This document shows, one piece after another, positions 1 through 13,810 of a stretch of DNA of 64,000 nt (within the stretch, counting starts at the first letter, position 1; each line of letters opens with the position of its first letter). This DNA comes from Eledone cirrhosa (Eukaryota): assembly GCA_964016885.1 (NCBI GenBank), contig OZ024740.1, positions 168,516,001 through 168,580,000 on the forward strand, written 5' to 3'. The notes under the pieces are model-generated. The model saw only the letters and a program-made list of their open reading frames with translations, was not told the DNA's origin and did not search any database. Made by a program: the position numbers and the translations under genes.

Positions 1-175
1 AAAAACAGCCTACGAATTAACGATAAACAAATCCGATATGTGTGGCAGAGGGCTCAATAATTTAGATAAATCAGAGCTATAACTATCGTTAAATTACCAA
101 CACATAGAGGTCATGCCTAAAATCACCCATACAAGCCGAAAAAGAACGACCAGGAAGATTTGGGTCACTCAAATA
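1..175 (+). repeat. Dispersed repeat fragment, homologous to the reverse complement of 32632-32831
   Basis: AACGATAAACAAATCCGATATGTGTGGCAGAGGGCTCAATAATTTAGATAAATCAGAGCTATAAC aligns by eye with rc(32715-32790) AACGAAAAACAACCTCCGAGATGTGCGGCAAGTGCTCAATGATTCAGATGAACCAGAGCTATAAC; family unknown. Confidence 0.5.
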
Positions 176-267
176 AAATATCAATAAATATCAATAAATT
201 AAATGAATGTAAAAAACTTACCCGGACCCGCTAGAAGGATGTTAAATCTAGCTTCTTATATATATAT

Positions 268-625
268 ATAATAAAAAAACAAAAAATCAGTGGTGCATCT
301 GGACTCAGTTTATTGCGTGTTACAATTGTTTCGCCGGCAGGTAGCTCAAGACATGAACACTGGATGGATCTGGCTGATTCTAAGGCTGCAGGTTCCTTCG
401 GACACATGCAATTCTTTTGGAGCAAATTTTCTCCGAAAGAATTGCATGTGTCCGAAGGAACCTGCAGCTACCTGCAGGCGAAACAATTGTAACACGCAAC
501 AAACTGAGTCCAGATGCACCACTGATTTTTCGTTTTTTTATAATATTCACACTCTGCTCTGTAAGAATATTGAGTGCTAACTTTGGCATACCGCCTATAG
601 AAGCACCATAGCTACCATTAAACAC

Positions 626-628
<3 letters not shown>
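268..628 (+). mobile_element. Fold-back non-coding element with hammerhead-like motif, flanked by (TA)n
   Basis: Inverted arms ~270-422 and ~431-544, with a ~40-nt insertion in the left arm; unique tail to 628; TA tracts on both sides. Confidence 0.65.
443..499 (+). ncRNA. Variant minimal type-I hammerhead ribozyme (CCGAAGG core)
   Basis: GTGT-CCGAAGG-AA-CCTGCAG(CTAC)CTGCAGG-C-GAAA-C-AATT-GTA-ACAC: stems I and II pair, stem III is the palindrome ACAATTGT, GUA triplet present; core deviates from CUGANGA. Confidence 0.5.
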
Positions 629-674
<46 letters not shown>

Positions 675-676
<2 letters not shown>

Positions 677-2095
677 CATCATTATCGTTTAATGTCTGAT
701 TTTCCATGCTTGCATTGATTGGATGAATTCATTCGAGCACAGTTTGCCTCCGACCAGGTTTTTCTTAGTGTTCCTCTACTGCAGCTTCCTTCCACTGCAT
801 CTCCTGGCACTTTTTCACTCAGTGACCATCATCCATATGCATGACATGTCCATACTAGCACAGTCTTCTCTTTCACATACTACATCTGTTTCCTCATATA
901 TACAGTTTTTCCTTCAGTTAATCCCTGCCGCTTCATTCATGCACACTATCATTATACACCTAATGGAGTATGCTTACTTCATTTCTCTCCAGCTTTTAAA
1001 TATCCTTTGCATTTACCTCCCATGTCTCACTGCTATACAGGCATTATACAATCTACTATTCGCTTGGAGAAAAAATCCCTTTACTGTCATTAGAGGTAGT
1101 AGCTCCCCAAATTGTTTCCAGCCTGTTCTCATTCTTGCTACTACACTTCCAGAGCAATCTCCTCCACTGCTACTTAAGTAGCAGAAACTATCAACTACTT
1201 CTAAAGCACCTTGCCATCACTGGAAAAAGTTTATTTTACTGCTGCTCTTACTACCAGCTATCTCTGTATCTGCCACATACAAAACCTATCTTTTCTGTTA
1301 GCCTGCCTACAATCTCATTACATCCCTTGTCTTCATTGTATAGAGTTCTTATCTACACCAATTGACTTCATATCTACTCCTATTTTATATATCAAGTACT
1401 TCCACTTTGTCCTCTTTCCTACTTTGGTTTTTGCTAGGTTGATCCCAAGCCCTTTTGATTCCTGTTTCCACAGCAGAAATTCCTCACTAAACTCCTCATC
1501 TACTCTCACTTTACTGACAGCACTTTTTTATGTCAACCTTTCCATGCTGGCATGGGTGGGACAGGACGTTTTGAGGCAATGTTTTACAGCTGCCATCAAC
1601 TTTTTTAGATGTATCTTATGACATGCAGGGATACAATGTGCTTACTCTAAACCAGATACATACAGCTAGATTGTGGTAATCTGTCATAAGCCTTTTTCAG
1701 ATCTTAGGAACTTTTCTTGTAGTTGTCTCACTAAGAAGAGAGCATCATAACTTGTTTCATCTGTTTTGTGCTTCTGTAGTTGTTCATTTCTAGTGCATCA
1801 TCTTTTCTCTTGTTGCTGTTAATGATTATAATTCTATGCAAGTCATTGGGTATGACACCATCATGCATTATTACCTGATTGGTTATGTGAGTGACTAGTT
1901 CAACTTCTACTTTACTAGATGATTTCAGCATCTCAGCAACTATCTCTAATGGCCCAACAGCTTTTCCATTTTCCATTTCTCTTATTGCTTCTTTAATTCT
2001 ATAACTGTTAATTTCAATAGCTGGTCCATCTGTTGAGCCTACTGTGAGTAGTTCCTCTTTCTTCTATTCATTTTCCACATTCTTCAACCTTTCAG
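675..2095 (-). mobile_element. Degenerate RTE-clade LINE (RT region to (GAT)n tail)
   Basis: ORF 1731-1976 MENGKAVGPLEIVAEMLKS matches RT N-terminal K(A/S)xGPxxIxAEML; downstream antisense similarity to other RTE copies; tail at 675-715. Confidence 0.75.
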
Positions 2096-2544
2096 TTTGT
2101 TAAAGAAAATAACAATTATGAGTAGTTTGGTGAATGAAGGAAGAAATAGCAAATCAATTAAAGATAGAAACAAATGATAATTTTTTTATTGCTTAATCAG
2201 GAGGAAGTGCAATGTCCATAGCCTTTTTCAGGAATCTTGAAGATTGGTAAGAAGTAGGGAGGAAAATATCTTCAAACCAGAGACCAGGCCTGACTGCTTA
2301 TAATTGAGTGTACATTGTTAAAGGCACCCAAAAGCAAATGGTGGTATTAAATCTACCATCTATGTAGGTAATGACAGAATTTGAACTCAGAATGCAAAAA
2401 GACTGGACATAAGCCACAAGACATTTCATCTGACACTAAAGATTCTGTCAATGCCTAAAAGATTGGGACTAGTCAGCTACACAAACTTTTTCCATTTCAG
2501 ATGCAGAAAACTGTTACCATTCTATCCCATTTAAAACCCCTTTC

Positions 2545-3410
2545 TTCTTGTCAGGTCCAAAATTTAAGAGCTGTGCCCACCAACTTTGGCATGATAAAAG
2601 ATAGGCTTGTAGAAATTGTAAAGGTTCTGTGGAATAAGTGAATAGATGTGTACTATGTACAAGAGACAAGGTGGAGAGAGCCTTAGCCCGACTACTCACA
2701 GGCAAAGAATAATGCTACAAATTATTTTGGGTGGGTAACAGCAATGGGATGGGTTGAGTATTGTTAACAGAGAAATGGGTAGATAAAGTAATTGATGTTG
2801 TCAGAGTGTGCAATAGAATAATAAAGCTTGAAATATTTATGGCTTTAGTCTCTGCATACACACCACAATCAGGGCTGGAAGATGAACACTTCTTTGAAAC
2901 TCTCCTACAGACAACCTTGATGATGGATTAGTGTGACCTTATTAGACTAAAAATTTTAATGGACTTGTTGACCACTGCACACTACCTGGATGTTATGGTT
3001 GTAATACAAGGAATGAGGAGGGATCAAGGCTCCTGGATTTTTGTAATGCAAATGATCTAACCATTTGCAACACTAACTTCAGGAAACCAACCAGGCAAAC
3101 ACACTAGCCAGATAAACTTCATACTCACCCGATAGCAGGATAACTTGACGATTCCATGGTGAAGAATGTATCACATAATATAGACGAGTGAATATTGACA
3201 TCAGAGTAAGAACCAGACAAACCACAAAACACAAGAAAACCTGTAGAACGAAGATAAAGAAGTTGAGAGAGCTCTTAACTGAAGTTCCAGTTGGCACATA
3301 TGAATGGAGGGTGTTTTTATGGAATAACATGTTGAGGTTTAAGGATCAGATCTATGGCTGGTGCAAAGTTTCAGTTAGATGGAAGGTGGTGGAACAGTGC
3401 TCTGCAATGT
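2545..3410 (+). mobile_element. Degenerate RTE-like LINE, AP-endonuclease region
   Basis: Frameshifted remnants resembling VQETRW, SAYxPQ, DFNG, RNEEGSRLLDFC..NTNFRK endonuclease motifs. Confidence 0.6.
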
Positions 3411-6400
3411 GAGGTGTTGTCCTCTTTGTTATTCTTTCAGCTATCACTTGCCTTCTCTGCTATTAACTATACTGTGTTGCCTCTGCACAAAGGATAGACC
3501 TGCATTTTTCTACACTCAGTTCTCCCCTTATCACTCAAACTTTCTATCAGAGTAACATGTGCCTCTGTAATGAAGAATGGCTAACCATCATTCTCTCTCC
3601 CCCATTGACACTCACCACTCTCTCATACTACCACCCATTCTCTATTGCTATCTACTTGCTTGCTGTTATTATCATACATCTTTATTGCTTTCTTTCAATC
3701 TTTCACTTCCCCACTTCACTTCACAATCATTACTCATTTACCTATCACTCATCCTTGACATAGATCATTCTATTCATTTTTTACTTACATAACTCTCCCT
3801 TACTTCCATTACACTTCCTTTCACCACTCTATCTTCATACTGCATGTAGCTGCCTAAAACTAGGGCCTTTCTTTTGCTATCTTTCCTACTACCGTTCCAT
3901 GCAGGTATGGGTTAGTTGGTTGTAATGGTACCAAGTCAATTTTTATTTGGAGTTCCTATCATCCTAGATAAGTTGGAAGAAACATACCGTTTCAGAAGAC
4001 AATGTTTTACACCTATGTTTTATTTTTAGCATGATTTTTTTTATGCCTGGGTGTCCTTGATAACAACAACCACATTACAGATTGTACCGGGTATATTTTA
4101 TTGTGGCACCAGTTTTACGAAGACACATATCTTTGACTAAACAAAGACTCTAGTCTATCCTACATTGTCTCCATTTGATTGTTAACCACTTTCCAGAGTG
4201 TACTGGGTGCACTTGCCATAGCACCAACACTAGAAAGGTTACTTTGTCTCTTGCAAGACTATTAGTCTACACATTGCTTACTTTGTTAGGGCTAACCAAG
4301 TGTTCAAAAACAATAACTATCTCTCATTTTAGTTAGCTTAACCCATTTGATACTAAAGCCCCTTAACTACCCCTGAGTCTGTGATAGGAAACTGTTTATT
4401 TTAGAATGTTTATAGTTATTTAAAATCATTCCACCATAATTTTATATAGGAACCTTTGTTAAGCTATATACCAAACATCAGCTTAATAATAAGAAAGTTA
4501 GTTACATTACTACATCCCTCCAGATTCTTGATTATTTGAAAACACTAAATGAAAGGTTTACATGAATGGATGGATTATAGTAATTGCCAATGTTTATTAT
4601 TAGTGACTTTTTAAATATGACCAACTTTTTTATTTTTGTCTTTAAACACTTAGCATATATACTCATAAATAACTAACAGTTTTATAATCTAAAGAAGGGT
4701 ATGAAAAACCTACATACTATATCTATGAAGACTTGTTCTGAACTCAAAATTTCATAACATGTACTACACAAATACACACACATACAATGGCAAATGATTG
4801 AGTATGTAGAGTGAGTTGATCATTTCCATATGCAGTCTATATGAATATCAACAAATATATGTTGATGTCACACACAAAAGTAAATTCAACTGCTTAAGCA
4901 AAATTTGATTATGCTGCAAAGCAAATGCACCTGTGTTCATAAATGCAATCTCATAAATTGATATATACATGACTTCTGCATGTATATAAAACATATTTGC
5001 AGGTACCTATTGGCCAGCTGTAATCCTAATGTGCATAGATTTTCAGTCAGTCAAGAGTGATTTAAAAGCACTGGTTGGTCTGTTCTTCCCTCTAAACATT
5101 CCTATATCTATGGTTTCAGATATTTTTGAGACTGTATTAGCAATAATAAAAATATGTAACAGTAATCATCATCATCATCATCATACATCCATTTTTCCAT
5201 GCTGGCATGGACTAGACGAGTTGTCCAGTTGTGGGCAATGTTAGGCCAGGTGACCATGTCTTTCTCATACAGAACAGATTTTGGCTTGGTTTCTACAGTA
5301 ATGTACTAAGATATTTGAACCAATTGTACTCCATGTAGTAAAACTATGTCTAATGAAATACACCATTTCAATTATATTCTGAAGATAATCAAGAATCTGG
5401 TGGTAATGAGTAAAATAACTTTTCGATTAAGATGGTGTTTGTAACTTAACAAAAACGTTCTTAAATAAATTGAATGATGGAAGTTTTTAATTTAAATATG
5501 AACACTTTAAAATGAGAAGTTTTGCATTATAGAACATGATTTGCAATTCTATAGTTGGTTAGATCTATTGTGACTCTTGTTTTACTATTGTGTCACTATG
5601 ACACATAAAATGTGTTTTGGGAGGACATGATGTATGTTCTATGTAGTTCCTTTATAACAAGAACTTAAAAACAAGCAGTTTTGTACCAGGGGCAGTTTCT
5701 GGTAGGTTGGTATCAAAGGGGTTTAATTGGTATTGATAATTTGAATGATATTTTTTATTTGATAGTATTGAAAATATCCTGTTTTCTACAATTTACCAAA
5801 AGGGATGGAATGATTGAATGTGTGTCATTGTAGTGCTCTTTTTATATTGTATATATATTATTTGTGATTTTGTATTGGTAGTATCTATAAGTAGTTCTTA
5901 TTACAAATTTTGATCTTTGAACTTGGTTTTGTTTGTTTAACTAATATCATTTTGTTTGCTTCTGCTGGTGTTACTTTGTTTAGCCTGAGGGAAGTCCTAT
6001 GATTAAAGGCATGACCCTCCCATCTTTTTTTCTCAGACATAGTGTACCTAGGTCTACATTATCCAATGTGATTTTTTCCCTTTTAACCCTTTTGTCATCA
6101 TATTTCTGCATATACTTTTAAGAACATTTTGAAAATAATAAATTTTGTAGGGATTTAGTAATACAATTAACTTTCTAATTATTAAGCTAATGTTCAGAAC
6201 ATAAGTTAAAGTTTCTTACATAAAATTATGAAGGAATTTTTTTAGATAGATATATACACTTCCAATTAAATAGAACCAGGAGTAGTTTTATGCAGTTTGG
6301 TATCAAGAGGGGAGGCAGATTTAGCTGGTGTTTCTAGCAGGTTAAACAACTACAAAAAAGGTCCCTCAATTTTTTTTCTTTTTTTTTTTTTTCTAAAATA

Positions 6401-6580
6401 TATCTGAATATTTTGTTTATTTAATAAGCAACTATGTTTAGAAATTGGCTGTTAAGAGTTTCTTATGTTTGTGTATTTATTCTATTGATGGTATAGGTTT
6501 TATTTAGTTGTAATTGTTTTGTTTTATCTGCTGGTTATTTTTGGCAAAGTAGATTTGTATTATGTTGATGGAATTGGATA

Positions 6581-6776
6581 GTGGATTGGCAGTATTACTT
6601 TGCAGTTTGTAGTTATGACCCTTTACATTCTGAGTTTAAATCCCGCCGAGGTTAGCTTTGCCTTTCATCCTTACAGGGTCGATAAAATGTAATACCAGTA
6701 ATGCACTGGGGTCTATTTAATTGACTGTTCTTCCTTCAAAAATTGTTGGCCTTGTGCCTAAATCAGAAACCATTAT
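6581..6776 (+). mobile_element. tRNA-derived SINE
   Basis: TGGATTGGCAGTA head, B-box-like GAGTTTAAATCC, body GCCTTTCATCCTTACAGGGTCGATAAAAT shared with many copies in the window. Confidence 0.75.
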
Positions 6777-7559
6777 GTTGATGGAAATTACGTTCTCCTA
6801 TGGTATAGTTTGTATATAGATAAGAATTTATTTGTTTTAAATATATACATAAATAACATTACAATTCTTTTAAAATTACAATTCATATAACAAATACAAT
6901 CAACTATTGCTAGGAGCCTCACAAATACAACACAGCAAAATATAGAGAGAAAGAAAAATAAAGAATGGAAAATAAAACAAAAATGACCGTCAATTCACCA
7001 CTAGGTGCAACATTCAGCTGCACATCTTGACTTTGTTTTGGTATAGCTAGGTTTATATGAGTATTCAACTTTCAGATTTTAAAGAACAATAAATGTTGTT
7101 GTTTAGACCTAAGTCAACTCTAGTGAAGCTGACCTATTATCAAAAGCAGTTTAACTATTATCATCCTATTTTTATCTTCCTTTCTTTTCTTTTTGACTTT
7201 TTGACTTTATTAACTAGTAACATCCTGTAGTGTTTTATCAAAAAATATTTTAAAACATGTTTGTTAATTCAAATGTTTATGATGTCTATACTAGTAGGCA
7301 GATCTTTGTGAAAATTTGCAATATTAGACTAAAATAAAGACTAATGTTTAATGTGATGCAGTCATAGTGCTGTTTGTACTTTTCAAGAATGTATGCTAAT
7401 AAGGTTTCATATGATACAGGATATTAAGAGTTAATGTTCCTTTTGCAAATTGTAAACATCATATAATTTAATTGGAATTGTTATTGTCTATTTACTTTTG
7501 TAAATAATAACCTTAATAAGATTTTGTCTAATATATATGGTAAATAGGACCACCTTATC

Positions 7560-8489
7560 CAGAGGTTCTTAAACTTTTTAGGCTACCGCTCCCATCATGG
7601 CCATGTAATATCCTCAGTGCCCCCTCACCCTATTTCCAGATTGTAAATGATATATAATAAATAAAATCGTTAATTTATATATAATAAATATAATATATAC
7701 TATGAATAAATAAATATTGTATATTTTTATTTTACTATATTTATATATATCATCATCATCACCTGTTTTATGCCAATTCTTCCACGCTAGCATCGTGAGG
7801 CGGGTTGTCTTGTTGTGGGTAATGCCAGGTCAGGTGACCATGTCTTGCTCATACAGAACTGATTTTGGCTTGATTTCTACAGCTGGATGTCCTTCATAAC
7901 ACCAACCTCAATTACAGTGAGTACTGGGTGCTTTTTTACTGTGGCACTACATGGCCACTTTACAGTGTGGACTGGGTACTTTTTTATCGTGACACCTACA
8001 CATCCACTTTGCACTGGGAGGGGGTGGGGACATACTGTCTATATGCTTCAGCTTTGGTTTGTACCCATTGGAAGTCGGGTCTTCTGTATTACTGCGTAAC
8101 GCCAGAGGTCTCGCTCCTGTGTCATCGTCTTTGAGAGGTGCAATTGAGCAAGGTCAGCTTTTATCACCTCATCCCAGGTCTTCTTGGGTCTGCTCACTCC
8201 AAGGCTTCCATCGACTTTTAGTGCTCTGCACTTTTTCATGCAGCTGTCATCCTTCATACGCATCACATGTCCATACCAACGTAATCTCCTCTCTTGCACA
8301 CAGCATTTGATTACTCTAATGCTAAGTCTCTCTCTCAATTCGTTTATGCTTTGCCGTTCATGTATATTACTATTACACTTAGTATACTATTATATCATCT
8401 CTACTGCCCCTGCCCCCTTAGGCTCCAGTGCCCCCTGGACCTTCTCACGCCCCCAGGGTGGGTGCCAGCACCCACTTTGAGAACCTCTA
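7560..8489. mobile_element. hAT-like MITE interrupted by an RTE insertion
   Basis: Terminal inverted repeats CAGAGGTTCTTAAA ... TTTGAGAACCTCTA; imperfect 8-bp flanks ACCTTATC/ACTTAATC. Confidence 0.6.
7750..8380 (-). mobile_element. 5'-truncated RTE LINE 3' end (family C)
   Basis: ORF 8048-8338 [12 protein letters not shown]...RPKKTW, plus 3' UTR and (GAT)n tail. Confidence 0.9.
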
Positions 8490-11168
8490 ACTTAATCTGT
8501 GTCAATTCCTTATTTAAAACTGTAAAATGTGATTTAAGGTGGATTTGTTTGCTATTTCTAGCAAAGTAAGCAACCATGTAGAAGTTTTCTCATTGGCCTG
8601 GTTGTGGCTGTTCAGCCATATATTTCAGCCATGATTAAGTAGACTTGTGGTTAATGGCATCCCATTCATGACCACCCTGTCTTCTTTTCAAGTATAGTGT
8701 ACATAGGACTTCATGTACCTTTCTGTTTCTGTTTTTTTCTTTTTCAAGCTAATAGGAAATTTGATTGCTACTTCTAACAGATTGATCAATTTCATATATG
8801 CCTCTTTCATATTTTTGTATAATTTTCATTTTGGTGTGAATCTTCTATTCAGAATGAAGTTTCTGCTTTCTTCAAGAATCGAGGATCTTTCTGTAGAGAC
8901 ATTTGATTCTTATGTTGATAGGCTTAGTATCTGTTTGTTGTATTTTTCTACATGTAAAGTGAAATTTGTGTGAATTAGTGTTTATTTTTATTGAGTAAGA
9001 TTGTATGTACTATAATGTTTTAGTATTTCTATTGAGTTAGTTAGAATGATGATATCTCTACAACTTGCTGTATGTATTATTTTGTTTGGATTATCATCAT
9101 CATCATTTCTTATGTCCATTTTTCTATGCTGACTTGAGTTAGATGAAACCTTTTGAGGAAAAACTCTACAGCTAGATGGCCTTCCAGATGCCAACACTCA
9201 CTTGATTTTTAAAATATATGAAGTACATGTCTTAGCACATCCAATCACTGAGCAGTAGGATTATTGTTTATGTGGGACACGAAGAAATATCATCACTGAT
9301 GTTGTCAAATGTGAAATGAAGAGACACACACAATTGGCTATTTATTGTTTTTATCTACCAATTTCACTTACAAAGCATTGATCAGCCTGTGTCTTTAGTA
9401 GAAGATACCCAGGGTTTCACACTGAACCCAAAGCAAATTTAAATACAAAGCCATGTCTACTCTCCTGTGTGGATGTCTGAGGATATTATTTATTGTGTGA
9501 GATATTTTGTAAAGCTATTTTTTGTGTTGTTAATGTTCACTCTGTCATTATGTCTTTAACAAAATAATGTGTGTAAACAAAGCATATATTTAATTACTAT
9601 TCTATAGTAATAATTCCGCTCACATAATTCTGCATTCAAATTTTAATGAGTTAGAAACTACCATAACAAGCTTTACAATAATTGACTTTGGCTTTTTCAC
9701 TCTTTCTAAAGTTTCCTTGTTTCCATGAAGACAATTATGAAGGAAAATCTTTCATTGTATTTATTTTATTCATTATTAGTTATTTTGTTCAAGCATTGTT
9801 GTGTGGTTAAGTTTTCTTTAGAACCATGTGGTTTTGGGATCAGCCCCATTGTGTGTCACCTTGGGAAAGGTATCTTCGATTAATGCCCTGGGCTAACCAT
9901 TCCCTTGTAACTAAATTTGGTAGGCAAAATCTGTAGGAAGCCTATTATATATGTATATATGGGTGTGAAAGTATATGCTAGTTGCTATAAAACATATGTC
10001 CCCCATAAACAATAGGTCCTGCTACATAGCAGCTTAATGCTCATTAGCTGTGTGTATATCATAATTAGAATAAAATATTGGTTGGCACCAAGAAAGAGCA
10101 CTAACCATAGAGAATATGCCTCGAAATGTCTTATTCCAACCCATACAAAAAGCAGTTATCAGTGTGACAAATCTGTGCAACTTTTGTTTTGAAAATTTTT
10201 GCTCTTTTTTTAAACTATTTTTAAAAACCCTTTTCTAACCATCTTTCTTCTGGAATACTTCAGTTACTTTAGAAAATAAACAAGAATTTAGAGAGATTTG
10301 GTAAAATAACTAATGTCTGCATTATTAAGCTGTTTTAAACTGCCAGGAGTTGTGACTGGCAGATTATATTAGCAATGGAAACATCAATAGAAATATGGTT
10401 TCATTGGTTTGATCTCTTCATCTGCTTCTTTCTTTCTTTGAAACATAATATAAAATTTTAAATAAATTGAGAACTTCTCTCAGTAATATCTGGTTGAAGA
10501 AGAAAACAAATAATAAGAAGAATAGGAAGAAGACCTTCATGAGGCAATGGATCTGCACATGGGAAGTTCCTGTCTAAGGTGCACATCTTGGCAAATCACC
10601 CATGCATGCAAGTCTCCTCTCTCTCTCTACCACCAACGTTGTCCAAAGGAAAAGCAAGATCTAATACAGCTTGGCATTAGTGATATCACTGACAAAATCA
10701 GAATACAAATGGTCAAAAGATATATTGTTAGGCATCCAATCCAACACTATAACAATTTTGCCAACCTGCTACCCTGGGCTGGTACTTAATTGATTGCTAT
10801 CCAAAAGAGATAAAGGCCAAGTTGATCTTGGCAGGATTTGAACTCAAAGGCGAGAGAGCCAGCACAAATATTGTAATGCATTTATCTAATGCTATAATGA
10901 ATGCATTTTGTCTTATATTTAAATGTAAACACACTAAAGCAGACAGATTTGTATCATAGAACCAGGGGTGGGCAGAGATGGGTTGTTATCAAAAGCCTTA
11001 AATTGAAGTTTTCTTTAATTTGATCTTATTGCTCAACCATATCATCCCAGATTCCTTGCAGCGTTTTATCATTCCCATCTCTTAGGTCAGCCTTAATTAG
11101 ATAATTTATTATTTGACCTATTTCATCATCAGTTATCAGTTGGCATCATTCATTCTGATCTATCAATC

Positions 11169-11170
<2 letters not shown>

Positions 11171-11209
<39 letters not shown>

Positions 11210-11234
11210 ATACATACATATATATATAGAGATG

Positions 11235-11316
<82 letters not shown>

Positions 11317-11357
11317 TATGTATAAAGAGATATATACATATAGAATGTGTGTGTGTA
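11171..11357. repeat. Compound (TG)n/(TA)n/(CA)n microsatellite
   Basis: Directly visible. Confidence 0.95.
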
Positions 11358-12129
11358 TATGTTTGTAAATAAGCAAATAGAACCATAAAATAAGTAAATC
11401 TGAATGTATATAGATAAACCTAGAACAAATGCAAAATAATTACTGAATGTCCCTATATGTAAATAATACACTCCGAAGACAAAGCCAATAATATCTAAAA
11501 CACCCAGTGGATAAGACTATCAAATGCCAAATTCATAACTAATACACTTATTTATGCCAAGCTAATTACAAACTAAATGTCTATATTAGATCCAAGGCAT
11601 CATCCATATTTTCTGACTCAAATTCTGTAAACCCAACCACCAACCAGCTCTCAATATAAGTATGGGGGAGACAGAGTTTTTCAAGCTGCAGCCATCATAT
11701 TATGCAGTTTCTGTATAAGAATAGACAATAAACAATATCTGTTGTTATCTGCATCAACTACAAGCCCATTGCATAATAATCTACACCAACGAGACCCCTT
11801 CCCATGACTAAGAGATAAACTTATTTAAATGCTAGAGCGCTATCCCGCCTAAGAAACCGACATCTCTGCAATCACCGTTAATTCCTAATAAACCCATCCT
11901 GAACCATTTGAAATTGCAAATACTTATTACTAGATAAAACATAACCTACTTTAAAAAACTTAATACAAAAGACAAATCCAGAAAAGAAAAGTGCGCAAAT
12001 ATTGAAGTTAGGTAAAGTATTAAACAATACATGTCTAAATATAACATTACTAACTATAAACTATCCTGAAATAATTCAAGTAATATACATTTTTATATAC
12101 ACACATGCATGCAAGCATGCGGTGCGCAC

Positions 12130-13810
12130 ACACACATATGATAAGGCCAAAAATATTGCCTGAAATTTTTAATTAGACAATAAAATAGAATACTTAGCTG
12201 AATGTGATGCCTTTATTAGCCTGAAGGATCACAAACCTGATTTCACTAACAGGCCTAGCTGTAGAGTAATAAATCCTGTAAGGACAGAGTTAGAAGTAGC
12301 TAATACAAAAAAATTAAGAGACATCAACACTTGTATTATTAAAAATACCAATCTCTCACTGTGGAATAATACATCTGTCATATCCTGATTCAGAGAAAAC
12401 CCTTCTAAGAATAAGACCAAATTCACGCAGTTTGATATTATAGATTTTTATCCCTCTACTTCTTGGGTGCTTCTTAACTCTTTAGACTTTGCTCATGTTT
12501 TTGTATACATCAGCAATATGGAATATGACCTAATATTCCACGCCCCCAGAACACTTCTAGGTTATAAACCATACTATAAACCTAACGAAAAATTGAAATA
12601 TATTACTAAAACCTCATGCTACCCAACCCCCTGAAGTTTTTAATATTAGTTGTTGGATCTCAAATCTATCAGCAACTAGGGAGATTTTCAATAAGGATGC
12701 GCCATGCTACAACCCCCCCCCCCCTCCATCCCTAGATAGTGGTTTTAAGGATAAAATTAAGTACACACCCAATCTCTTCCAACCAAACCATATGCTAACA
12801 GATAAAGAAGAATTATCTGGTTTGCACCCCGCTTTTCCCTTATAATAAAAACTAATGTAGGTAAGAAGTTTTTAGATTTAATAGATAGATATTTCCCACC
12901 ACAACATGCATACAGTAAAATATTCAATTCCATCAAGACATCCCATTTATGTGGTCCATCTATGAGATCAAAAATTACTGCAAAGAATATACTCAATGTA
13001 AATCCAAGTTGCTCTTGTGGGATTGAAGAGAACTGCCCACTCCGACAGAAATGTAATATCAAATCCATTGTGTATGAGGCAGAGATTACACACAACACCA
13101 CACAGAATTCTGAAGTTAGTGAAAGATATGTCAGTATGGTGTAAGATCGTTTTAAACGTTTTTACCTGCATCCCAACTCCTTCAAGAATCCTGATATGAG
13201 AACCAGCATGGCCCTAGCAAAAAAAGTCCGGCAATTAAAGGAGACAGGAGTCCCACTTAAGATTACTTGGAAGGTACTTGAAAGGTCCAGACCTTATACC
13301 AATGGTACCAAAAGACGTTGTCTCGACCTTAATGAGAAATTTAGAATATTACAAGGTTTGTCATCTCTAAACAATAATTATTTGAACTCAAAGAAGGACA
13401 TTTTTAGAGGATGCCTTCATCTCAAAAGCCAGTAGAAGTAGAAATACTTAACAAATTCAACTGATTTTCAACCACCTTAATTTGATTTATATACTTTCTT
13501 AATATCTTTTCTTTTTCCATACTTACATAATACAGTACACCTATACTACTCAACTCCATGCCTTAATAAATATTACCATCTTTAAATTACATACCACCAC
13601 GTAATACCATACATCTGCTATAGTGCATGAATACTAACACCTGAACAAATGCTTTGCTCTTTCAGATTTACATCTTTGAGTTATTTCCTTTGTTATAATA
13701 TGTTTTTATAAACCAGTGTTTTAATGCGCTATACTTTTAATTAGAGGTATTGTCTGTTAGATAGACTTAACAGTATCTTCAAACTATTCTAAGCACCTGA
13801 AGATTAGGTC
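12130..13810 (+). mobile_element. Degenerate Penelope-like element (RT + GIY-YIG endonuclease)
   Basis: KDHKPDFTNRPSCRVINP and QFDIIDFYPS RT motifs; Cys-rich linker CSC..CPLRQKC..SIVYEAEI; C-terminal ITWKVLE..PYTNGTKRRCL.LNEK; stops and frameshifts. Confidence 0.85.

Noticed and set aside
11171-11357. (TG)n...(CA)n apparent palindrome
   Set aside because: Low-complexity complementarity only; no unique arms
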